Positions 1 through 9,242 are shown, counted from the stretch's first letter. The stretch: DNA of 19,179 nt from an uncultured Nitrososphaeraceae archaeon (GCA_963825865.1 CAWGVG010000050.1:1-19179), one strand, 5' to 3'. Notes: generated by a model from the sequence alone, not told the origin. Numbers and translations: made by a program.

Positions 1-183
1 ATACTAAGATATCTATATATGGAACACATAATACTTGATATAGATATATAGTTGGAATCGCAATAGTAGCAAGTATCATGATTGTTAGTTCTAATGGTGC
101 TGTTTCTGGACATCTATCAAATGTATCTTTTTAGATGATACTGTATATACGCCATCGTTTCAATCTTGTACGAGAACGTATTA

Positions 184-445
184 CCATTATATAATGAAAA
201 CATGCTCTATATAGATATGTGCAGATGGATATAAATATATCCAATCTAGATATCGCATTTTCAAGTCCCCTTCCTGCTGGGTCTTAAAACCCTCTGCTAC
301 CATTATCCCTTCCGACACATCCTTACTTTAATGATGAATTTCACTAAATTTAGAAAAAATAGGCTTTAAAAAGTAATTCAATAGACCTATTGTCAGCTGT
401 ATAATCACTTTGTTAGTATGATATATTGCAATAACAGCACTTGCT
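184..445. repeat. Copy A of a ~250-bp degenerate non-coding direct repeat (copy B at ~903-1142)
   Basis: Blocks shared with copy B at a constant 710-nt offset: ATGGATATAAATATAT (225-240/935-950), CCCTCTGCTA (290-299/1000-1009), ACACATCCTTAC (315-326/1025-1036), TAAATTTAGAAAAA(A)TAGGCTTTAAAAAG (345-373/1055-1082). Weaker similarity extends on both sides. Confidence 0.85.
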
Positions 446-902
446 CGAAACCTGTTTGCCTGGGGTTTTCGGGGTGGGCGACATGCGAGGCGTGTAAATT
501 GCCATTTTTGTATGATATGTGTCACATGTGTCAGAAACAATATTCTACTGTCTACTGGCTGTCCAAGCTTCCTCCTCCTGCTACTGTTCAAATCTATAAA
601 ACTTCATAGCGAGGGAAAAAGCATCAGACAAAGGTATCGTTATGTGATGTTGCTTCCTTGTCTAGAGTTCGTTCATTATCCACAGCTGTTCTTAAGGAAG
701 TTATCAGCTTGTCAGACCTTTTTGGATGTGATTGCAACAAGTCGTCCACCATACAGCAGCATCTTGCAGTGTGTAATCATATCTTTATGCTATCTAGCGA
801 AAGGTGCTGTTGCGTCCTTCTGTATTTGCTCTTTATAGTAGCCATGGAGCTCACCTATCTGGATCTTCAAGGACCTGATAAAGGATGGATTTTGTCAACT
901 AT

Positions 903-1142
903 CCATTATATCTTGAAAGCATGCCCTACCTGATATGGATATAAATATATCAAACTTAGATATGCAATTTTTCACGTCATCTTCGTGATACCTCTTAAGC
1001 CCTCTGCTATCGTGTACCTTTCTAACACATCCTTACCTATTTTGAATATTAAAGTAAATTTAGAAAAATAGGCTTTAAAAAGAATCGTCATTAGCTGTGT
1101 TATCCCTTTGTCAATACGATATGGTACAATAGAAGTATAGCT
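903..1142. repeat. Copy B of the ~250-bp degenerate direct repeat
   Basis: Same blocks as copy A. The left edge CCATTATATcttGAAAgCATGCcCTA also matches CCATTATATaatGAAAaCATGCtCTA at 184-209. Confidence 0.85.
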
Positions 1143-1406
1143 TAGGGTATCGACCCCGTCTTACGCAATTTCTAACAAAGTGAGTAGGTATTTGTCAAAT
1201 GCAAAAGTACTCCTAAGATACGCATTTCTGTATGTAACTTAATCAGCAAAAAATAACCCAGGAAGATATCGATTCACAAGAAAATCCATCACAGTGATGA
1301 CGCTGAAGATGTTCTACTATCTTACTATCGACGATACGGTCTATGTGAACCTCCAACAACACAGTACAACGAATCAAAGATTATACAACAAAAGAAGAAG
1401 AAGTAG

Positions 1407-1628
1407 ATGAAATTAGTCTCAAGCATCTTAGGCAAATATGGCCGTATTCACATATCAAACATCTACATAATAGGTATGGTCGTAGGATTAGCTCTTGTTA
1501 ACAGTCTATTTGTAATTCCGCTGCATGAACACTGTAGATTAGTCCAGACACTAATTTTTCACAAAATTGAAGATTATATCAATAATACGAATATCTTATG
1601 GGCAGGCCAGCATCAAACATTCTACTGA
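1407..1628 (+). CDS. Small hypothetical protein with one hydrophobic segment (possibly a fragment)
   Basis: ATG start and hydrophobic stretch IYIIGMVVGLALVNSLFVIPL; no family recognised. Confidence 0.3.
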   Translation: MKLVSSILGKYGRIHISNIYIIGMVVGLALVNSLFVIPLHEHCRLVQTLIFHKIEDYINNTNILWAGQHQTFY

Positions 1629-1874
1629 AAGCAGATCCAAAAGGACCCGTATATAAAATCCAGAGTAACGCCGTTACTCGTAAGAGCTGGAATTAATGCC
1701 TTCTGCAAAGTGTCTACGTGAACGATAAAGACAGGGTTCAGTGACCATGACTTATTATTATCTACCTCAAATACCCGTAAACTCCGACGTCTTAGCTCCC
1801 ATTTATCGGATATACAGGATTTCTTTTACGATACCCCAAATGAACCATACAAACCATTACTACCGACAATCCCC

Positions 1875-2045
1875 ATGTTATCCCATCATAGGGACAAAGG
1901 AAGAATACAACAACAATACTTACTAATTTGCAATTGCTTAATAATTAAGAAGAAGTTGGCTGAAGAATACGGCTTAGATTTACCATCCAGTGTTGTCCTC
2001 GAACGAAGGGGCGAAGGAATACTCATCAGGAAACTCGAAATCTAA
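1875..2045 (+). CDS. AbrB/MazE/SpoVT-like small DNA-binding protein (56 aa, below the ORF-track cutoff; N-terminus uncertain)
   Basis: Hand translation MLSHHRDKGRIQQQYLLICNCLIIKKKLAEEYGLDLPSSVVLERRGEGILIRKLEI*. The LII-x-K-x-LAEEYGL...VVLE...GILIRK pattern is the swapped-hairpin AbrB/SpoVT signature. Confidence 0.7.
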   Translation: MLSHHRDKGRIQQQYLLICNCLIIKKKLAEEYGLDLPSSVVLERRGEGILIRKLEI

Positions 2046-2184
2046 TGACATGCCTGATCACAGTGACAGGTATTGTGGTACTGAAAGTAACTAGTAGCAG
2101 GTGAAAACAAAGAGGGAGCAGAGTAGTAGCAGGTAATAGGCAGCTTTTGTTTTATTTTTATATCGTATTTATTAAACAAGTTAG

Positions 2185-2487
2185 ATGATCTTAACAACAC
2201 AGCAAAGGGAAAGACTTGTTTTAGACCTTTACAATCAATGTAAAAACACACGCGGGATAGCTGAAGAAGACAGAATGTCATTTAGTGCTATAGGCGCTAT
2301 TCTGAAAAAAGCAGATAAAGAAAAGGAGGCACAGGCAGAGCAAGAACGAAAGCTATCTCTAGCCTCCCAGACTTACAAATTATTTTCAGAAGGTAAAACT
2401 TCACTACGAGTGGCCATTGCATTAAACCTAAGAAACGCGCGAGTAACTGAATTATACAAGACGAACACCTTCATTTATTCAAATTAG
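2185..2487 (+). CDS. HTH-domain hypothetical protein of a multi-copy Nitrososphaeraceae family, probably C-terminally truncated
   Basis: RERLVLDLYNQxKxTRxIAEExRMSFSAIGAILKK is an HTH-like unit. A second unit YKLFSEGKTSLRVAIALNL follows. Family assignment is from recall. Confidence 0.65.
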   Translation: MILTTQQRERLVLDLYNQCKNTRGIAEEDRMSFSAIGAILKKADKEKEAQAEQERKLSLASQTYKLFSEGKTSLRVAIALNLRNARVTELYKTNTFIYSN

Positions 2488-2499
2488 AAAAAAGAAAGA

Positions 2500-2505
2500 G
2501 GAGGT
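2500..2505 (+). promoter_or_regulatory. Shine-Dalgarno-like GGAGGT upstream of ATG 2514
   Basis: GAGGAGGT ends 8 nt before the start codon. Confidence 0.5.
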
Positions 2506-2513
2506 AGTAATTT

Positions 2514-5321
2514 ATGTTCGAAAACAAGAATCATGATAACCCAACTATAAAAGTGGTAGCAGATCAAGAAATAGGAATAGGGGGGTCAAAGTCCAAACAA
2601 TCTAGACCGCCAACTTTACCCCCTTCTTCGGCAGATAGTCAAGATGATTCTGTAGCGGTGGTGTTCTCAAGTCAGAGAAGCCAGTTTGCAGATTACACAA
2701 CTTGGAAGGGTATCGAGAATAAGACCGGTATTGAACGGGAACATGCCTATGATTTTGTCCTGAAAGAACTGTTAGACAACGCTGTGGACTATTTAGAAAC
2801 TCAACATAACACAGTGCTCCTACTACTGCTGCTGACATACCACCACTAGAAATTCATGTCACCATCAAGAAACTAAAACCGCAGGAGAAGTTAATTCGTA
2901 TAGTGGTCAGTAATTCCAACTATGATACTTCCACTAGCAGCAGTATCAGCAAAGCCACATTTTCTAAACAGATTCTAAAGTCTATCTTCGATTTTGATAG
3001 ATACCATAGCAGCAAACGCAATCAGTTCAAAATAACAAAAGGCGCGCTAGGTGATGCTTTGAAGGAAGTCCTGTGCATTCCTCACGTTTTAGCACATGAC
3101 AGTGAAATAAACAACTGGGATTATCCATTAAAGATATATGCTGCTCAAAAAGTATTCCAGGTTTACCTTGCTATAGACAGAATAAATCAACTCGTTCATG
3201 CAAGGATAGATGATGAAGCCGATGATGACGCAGAGGTTACGTACTACGATAATACGAAAATAGAAGTCACTCTGCCGGTAGTTATTGTTGAAGGTCAAAA
3301 TAAAGACTACCTGATAACTAGGCTATATAACTATCTATGTAACTACGCAATCTTTGCAACCCACATAGGATTTTCGTTTGAGTATGAAAGTGATCAAGGA
3401 GGTCTTTATAGAATTCCCACAACTCCAAACTATCAATCCAAAATGGAAGAATCAAACCAGCATTTATTATTACAGGCGAAACCAGTTCCATGATTTTATT
3501 TTAGGACTGGAAAACAATGACTCGATAAGCTATAGCGTATTGTATAAAACATTCAGAGAAGCTAGCAACATGCGTAAAACCAATCTTACACAGATGACTG
3601 TTAGCCAGTTAAAACATTCTCCTGCCACACAGATAGGTTATATGATGAACTGCGAAATACCCATGAGTGCACCTACCGCTCTGACATTGCCATTTGATAT
3701 AACAAGAAAGGTGCAAGAGCACAGGCTATAAAGCAAAGGGTTGAGCAGACGTATGGACAATTTTCAGAAATGAAATACAGGTCGGAATCAGGCTATTTAA
3801 GTGAAAGCGGTGATGGTGATCAATCTCAGTTCCCCTTCTTCTTCGAGATTGCAATATTTCACGATGTGCAGAATCTGCGTGGTAATCTGGTCTTCAGACA
3901 GGCCTTAAATTGTTCGGCTATACCAATTACTGGCTCGACTGTATTTGGTGGAGAATTGTTTGAATGGGTTACTGCAGGCAGCAAATTTACATATACATCA
4001 AACACTATTCAAGATATTTTTCGACATTACGGCTATTCATATGATAATAAAAAATGTAAAAAGCCACGCAGCGTAATAATTGCAAACTTGATATCTCCAA
4101 AAATGGATTATCAGAGTTACGGTAAATCCAGAATAGATTTCAGGCCATTTGCTGATGTTATAGCGAAAACTACTGACTTGGCCTGTATGGGCGGCGGACG
4201 TGCTTCAGATGGAAAGCCTTCGAAGAGGGCTGTTCTATTGAAAATCTTGGAAAAAAGAAAACAGAAATGGGAATCAATGGACGCTGTATTAAGATTAAAA
4301 CATTGGTGGACTCAATCCGATGTATTCTATGCAACCCGTAAGATGCTAATAGAGTATCATTACGCAAATGAAGAAATTGACAGGGATTACATAACCGGAT
4401 TGGTCAAAGAAATCTGTGAAGATAAATTAGGTGTAAAGCGTGAAGACATAGGAATTTTAGCTGCTGACAGGGCACGCCTATACTTTAAAGGTAAATGGAT
4501 GGATGTCGGTCTCAAAGAGATTGAAGAGCAAAGTCTCTATGGTGTAGACATGCTAATTATCAAAAAGAGGTATTGCAGAGCAATTAGCATTGTTTGCAGA
4601 TCAGAAAGGAATTGCATTACTTAATACAAGAGGGTTTTTGACAGAATATGCTGAGATTCTATCTAGGAAATCCGAGAAAGAGGGATGCAACATTGCTATC
4701 TTAACTGACTTTGATGTTTCAGGTTTGATTTTGGCAACTAAAGTCCCTGGAGCCTATAGAATAGGAATTGACTTTGAAACATTAGATAAGCTTGGACTGG
4801 ATATTGAAGATGTAGAGGAGGAATACAGGCCTGGAAATCATTTAAAACCATTACAGGAAGGCGGAGAACTTGCTGATGTGTATCCACAAGATTGGGTGGA
4901 TTATGTTGAGAATAGACGTGTAGAGATTAATAGTGTCGTAACTGAACTAGATGATAATGCTAAATTCTGGGAATGGATTGTTCAAAAACTACGAGACAGA
5001 TTTGATACACGAAATTACAACCGTGCAGTTGATATTCCTGAATATGTGATGCCTAAATGTTTTGAATCTCTTACCAAAAAGACTAGAGAAGATAGGAAGT
5101 GGCATACTGAAAGAACAGCGTTTGAAAAACTACAGGACCGTCTCTCTGGTATTGGCCCTGGATTTCTATTTGACCGAACTGATAAGGTATTATTGAATAA
5201 AAGCGATGACATTATGACAATCAGTAAATACGAGCAAACGCTAGCTGATCAGTCACGACATATTATTGAATCCAATGAGATCATGAAACCAATCTTGGAT
5301 AAAATTGAAGATTTGGATTGA
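2514..5321 (+). CDS. Single-chain type IIB topoisomerase-like protein (Topo VI B+A fusion, Topo VIII-like), ~930 aa, interrupted by indels (ORF pieces 2514-2849, 2903-3493, 3378-3731, 3770-4624, 4590-5321)
   Basis: Motifs in order: GHKL N-box LKELLDNAVD; ATP-lid SSKRNQFKITKGALGDALKE; transducer-like FFEIAIF...VIIANLISPKMDYQSYGKSRID; WHD TQSDVFY (candidate catalytic Tyr, cf. Topo VIA/Spo11 RDxYY); Toprim LLNTRGF and ILTDFDVSG (DxD). The transducer and WHD motifs lie in one unbroken ORF (3770-4624), so the B-A fusion is seen directly. Confidence 0.75.
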
Positions 5322-5870
5322 CTACATGTAGGACAGGTGCTTAGGTCTCTTGTAATGCTGTGCATTAGGCATAGTGGCTTGACTGATCTACCTCAGTTGG
5401 CTATCTCGTAGCCTTTCACTAAAGTACCTCCTCATAGCATGCATATTTTCAGATATTATTGTATATACTCTGATCGTTTCAATCCTATCCTAAACAAAAG
5501 AAGGCTATCATATGAAGAAATGATTGGAGTAGGAGTAGTAGCTTCGAAATGGGAGGAAAGGTCGTACTCACTCCATAGTGAGGATGAACAACAATATAAG
5601 CTGAGTGTCCCTCTGTTTATCGAAGAAATTAGTAATATATTTTATAATCTCTTATTTCTGGATGTATAGCCTTCTCTAGCGAGAAATAATAATTTTAGCT
5701 CTACTTTGTGTCAGGATTATTATCTAGAAGTTCGTACAACTCTCTCTTCTTTTCCTCCGATATCCTTCTGACAGGTGTATATCTCACACAACTGACTAGA
5801 CTCTAGCAAGCTAACGCTATAACGATAAGATGAATTTGTCAAAAAGGCAGGTACGAGTTTACCTTAATTG

Positions 5871-6024
5871 TCAATTGATAACATACAATGCTGTTTCATT
5901 CATGTATTTTTTGATATTGGCCTGGCTTATTTGCAATATCCTGGATATCTCTGAGTGATTATGATCTCTGACTTGCTATCTCTAAGACCTTACTTCTACT
6001 ACATTCCAGAGTATTATTATTCAC
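5871..6024 (-). pseudogene. Decayed HTH-protein remnant (putative small-terminase-associated family)
   Basis: Minus-strand hand translation LECSRSKVLEIASQ / (frameshift) HNHSEISRILQISQANIKKYMNE resembles an HTH (SEISRILQISQ). It lies divergent from the terminase-like fragment. Confidence 0.5.
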
Positions 6025-6139
6025 ACGTGATGACAGAACTATATATGTCAGCTTGTATAACAAACCACTTACATACACACATACATATGACAATTTTTAT
6101 TTGTCTGGGAATGTAGTATTATCATCACCAGTATATAAT

Positions 6140-6420
6140 ATGTCTAAAAACCAATTTTTCGATTACCAGGAATTATTGTATGAGGCTCTGCTTACATCAG
6201 ACTTTTGCAATCCGCTGAACCATGATTTCAAAGACAAGCACCTGTGGATAAAGAAGGCAACAGGATTAGGGGTAACAGAGTTCTTTCTCAGGTTCATGGC
6301 ATGGCTTTGCTTGAGAAATAATGATTATAGAAATTCACAGATGTGCATTGTAACGGGTCCTAACATAGACATTGCCATCAAGCTAATCAAGAGAATGAAG
6401 TGATTATTTGAGCGAACTTG
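6140..6420 (+). pseudogene. N-terminal fragment of a terminase large subunit-like ATPase
   Basis: FDYQELLY (adenine-binding Q-motif region), HLWIKKATGLGVTEF (terminase-type Walker A), MCIVTGPNIDIAIKLI. An in-frame TGA at 6401-6403 is followed by LFE, then similarity is lost. No Walker B or nuclease domain. Confidence 0.6.
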
Positions 6421-6578
6421 ATAAAACAAAAACAGAAGCATAATACTATTTCAAACAACAATATCTATCTACTTATTCTTTATAGTAGTAAGAATTACTA
6501 TTAATTTAAGAGAAACTAAGTATAGAAACAATGTTAGAAATGCAAATATACTAACAATAATTACTAAAATATCTATAT

Positions 6579-6788
6579 ATGGAATATATAAAAAAAGTAA
6601 TGAAGCTTGGGATAGTTGCCATCATAATATCCGTTTGTTTATTGTTATTAATAGGCAGTTTTATTATAAATACAAAGATGCAAGCGTTAGCACAGCTACC
6701 AGCAGACCATTTATACACACCACATACAGGAATTGTACATCAGATTCCAGGGAGAGTGACTCTTATTCCAGTATCGCCAAATAAGTAG
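6579..6788 (+). CDS. Small exported or membrane-anchored hypothetical protein
   Basis: Basic N-terminus followed by hydrophobic LGIVAIIISVCLLLLIGSFII and an ALA-type cleavage site. Confidence 0.5.
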   Translation: MEYIKKVMKLGIVAIIISVCLLLLIGSFIINTKMQALAQLPADHLYTPHTGIVHQIPGRVTLIPVSPNK

Positions 6789-6879
6789 AGTCTTCTTCTA
6801 TGTCTTCAGAACTGAATAAACGAGAATAAAAATCAGGCATCCTCTTCAAATACTAAAGACCACATCAATTTAATGCATT

Positions 6880-7179
6880 ATGGCAACGATAATAGCCTTT
6901 GTATTGTCTGTTGTTTTAGTATCATTTTTAGTTGCTGGTTGCTTTGAAAATACTGCAAAGATACAACAAGCGAAGGCACAGGATTACAATAATAATGGCA
7001 CATTGAATGTAGGTTCTCCTCAGAAAATGACTATTTCAGGACTGACTAAGCCTCCTGTGCTATCACCCGAAAAGAAGCAAGCGTTAGAACAAGATCAAGC
7101 AAAAACTCATCATAGTCCTCAATTGCCATCCTCAGATCAAGCTATTCTTGGCCCAATACTTGGAACACAGGCACACTAA
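6880..7179 (+). CDS. Small secreted hypothetical protein (possibly an N-terminal fragment)
   Basis: Signal-peptide-like IIAFVLSVVLVSFLVAGC...AKA followed by a polar, Pro-rich body. Confidence 0.55.
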   Translation: MATIIAFVLSVVLVSFLVAGCFENTAKIQQAKAQDYNNNGTLNVGSPQKMTISGLTKPPVLSPEKKQALEQDQAKTHHSPQLPSSDQAILGPILGTQAH

Positions 7180-7760
7180 AAAGTTTCCTAGTCTTTTTTC
7201 ATAGGAATAAGGAATAAGTCCATGTGTCATACGTCACCTAGTGATTTTTCAACTTAATTTAGTTGAAGATATAAGACACCAGATTCAGGTTTTCATTGAC
7301 ACTTATAATATGATAGATAAGTTAAAGGCATTATATTTTAAACCTAACCTAATGAGATTGACCGACCCATGATCTCTGGTAGTTTTTAGAAAAACTAAAA
7401 GCAAGAGTTCCAGATGTGGAAATGCGGCCATACAAGGATTCTGGCATGAAGGAAAATGTATGTTGAGTTTCAACTTCTAAAATCTGTCGCATACAAAAAC
7501 TACAAAAGGAATTGGAAGAAAAAGCAAGATACAAACGGTAAATAAAAAAATATTACTAATAGAAACAGAATAATGTGACTGTCCTTCTGCTGCTACTGTT
7601 GCTGGTAACCTTATAAAGATCATCTATTAGCGAACGTCTTAACCAGGGCGCCCATATATTAAAGGTATAGAAGTTGAAATCAACCCAAAAAATTTCCTGA
7701 GTAAATGCAATAAACCGTTTATATGTGAGAATGCTCAATTTTTTGTTAGAAAACATTCTA

Positions 7761-8576
7761 ATGGAAAGGATTGTGCTGGACAGCGATATCAGATATATTG
7801 ATGGAAATGGGAATTTGTTACGTAGTAGAACGGAATTCTCTGTTTCAAAGATCTTACAATTTATGGAACGAAGCTATGAATATAATACGAAAGTGAACTT
7901 TGACGATAAGACTTTTACCACAATCGATTTCAAAACTGGTGACAGATATATTGAAGTTATCGATTCCGAGGCTGACGCTGACAAATTGAAACTGATACGA
8001 AAGAATCTACCCGAGATTAATATTATTGGTGTTGGTCACTCAAAGTATGCGGGTAAAGTGAATGAACTAGACTCATTCTTTTTCTTAAATTCTGATGACG
8101 AAAATCAAACTGCCTCTATATTTATAGAAGATCAGTCGCTTGCTTTTGATTATGCACATATTTTACCCTTGGTGGAAAAATGTTCTATTTTGCATGGACA
8201 TACTTCTACTGTTATGGTTGAAATAATAGGTAATCTGAACAATAACAATCTTGTCATCGATTTTGGCCATGCCAAGAGGATAATTAAAGAAGCATTAAAT
8301 ATCATTGACCATAAATTCTTTATTAGCAAAAAGTATTTACAGAAAGAAGATGATTTTCATTATCATATATCATTTGAAGGACCAAAGGGTTATTTCAGTC
8401 TGCAATTGCCAAAATTGACAACTTTTCTCCTCTCAGGAGAAGCTACCGTAGAAAATCTTTCAACAGAAATAATCAAGTTGCTTGCGCCGAAAATGCCACC
8501 AAATGTAGAAGCATTAGGTGTGTATGTTTACGAAGGCGTCAACAAAGGAGCGCACATAATAGCCGAAATAAAATAA
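7761..8576 (+). CDS. queD: 6-carboxy-5,6,7,8-tetrahydropterin synthase (QueD/PTPS family) with a ~115-aa N-terminal extra domain
   Basis: FDYAH...KCSILHGHT metal/catalytic motif, VIDFG, IDHKF, TVENL; adjacent to queC. ATG 7761 is preferred over the upstream GTG 7725. Confidence 0.85.
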   Translation: MERIVLDSDIRYIDGNGNLLRSRTEFSVSKILQFMERSYEYNTKVNFDDKTFTTIDFKTGDRYIEVIDSEADADKLKLIRKNLPEINIIGVGHSKYAGKVNELDSFFFLNSDDENQTASIFIEDQSLAFDYAHILPLVEKCSILHGHTSTVMVEIIGNLNNNNLVIDFGHAKRIIKEALNIIDHKFFISKKYLQKEDDFHYHISFEGPKGYFSLQLPKLTTFLLSGEATVENLSTEIIKLLAPKMPPNVEALGVYVYEGVNKGAHIIAEIK

Positions 8577-8585
8577 GATTGAGTA

Positions 8586-9242
8586 ATGAAAGGATCAAAG
8601 GCACTTGTAATGCTGTCTGGAGGGTTAGACTCTGCAACTTGTCTTTTCTGGGCGAAGAAGAAATTTCAAGACGTTTCTGCCATTACTTTCAATTATTACC
8701 AAAGAATTGAAAACGAAAGGAAGGCTACTATAAAATTATCGAATAAAGTCAATGTCACGAATTTATTAGAGATTGATATTCCTTTTATCAAAGAATCTTC
8801 GGAATTTCCTGACGGCCGTCATCTCCAATCGATTCGTGATACCAGAGAATCATCATATATTCCTGCAAGGAATCTAATATTTTATTCTATAGGAGCATAT
8901 TATGCAGAATTTCTTGGTATTAAATGGATCATAGGCGGACATAATAGCCATGATGGGAAATTTTACAAAGATGCAACAAAAAACTACATACAAAAGATAA
9001 ATTTCCTATTCAAACAAGGCCGTATATGTTGCAATGATGAACCATGTGTAATCGTTCTCCCATTGGCTGAAATGGATAGAAAAAAAATAATCAACCTCGC
9101 AATTGAATTAAATGTGCCCCTAGAATTGACCTGGAGTTGCCATAATAAAGGCCAAAAACATTGTGGACAATGTTACTCGTGCGAACAGAGACTTGAAGCC
9201 TTCAATTCATTATGTATAAAGGACCCAGTTTTTTTTACATAG
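8586..9242 (+). CDS. queC: 7-cyano-7-deazaguanine (preQ0) synthase
   Basis: SGGLDS PP-loop, YIPARNLIF, and C-terminal Zn site TWSCH...HCGQCYSC. Lies 9 nt after queD. Confidence 0.95.
   Translation: MKGSKALVMLSGGLDSATCLFWAKKKFQDVSAITFNYYQRIENERKATIKLSNKVNVTNLLEIDIPFIKESSEFPDGRHLQSIRDTRESSYIPARNLIFYSIGAYYAEFLGIKWIIGGHNSHDGKFYKDATKNYIQKINFLFKQGRICCNDEPCVIVLPLAEMDRKKIINLAIELNVPLELTWSCHNKGQKHCGQCYSCEQRLEAFNSLCIKDPVFFT

Noticed and set aside
157-165. GTTTCAATC, also at 5476-5484, resembling the start of CRISPR repeats
   Set aside because: Only two copies 5.3 kb apart, no repeat-spacer periodicity and no cas genes.
328-933. ORFs 328-591(-), 512-838(+) and 658-933(+)
   Set aside because: Mutually overlapping, no recognisable motifs, and composition typical of non-coding or antisense frames.
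5439-5669. 76-aa ORF after the topoisomerase-like gene
   Set aside because: Starts inside the 46-nt non-coding repeat and matches no family I recognise.
7349-7756. Minus-strand ORFs and stop-riddled plus-strand fragments before queD
   Set aside because: No coherent frame or motif; at most unidentifiable debris.
7761-9242. queD-queC as part of a dpd-type DNA 7-deazaguanine modification island
   Set aside because: No dpdA/tgt-like, queE or folE gene in the window, and the pair sits in the core block by valS. Archaeosine supply is the simpler explanation.
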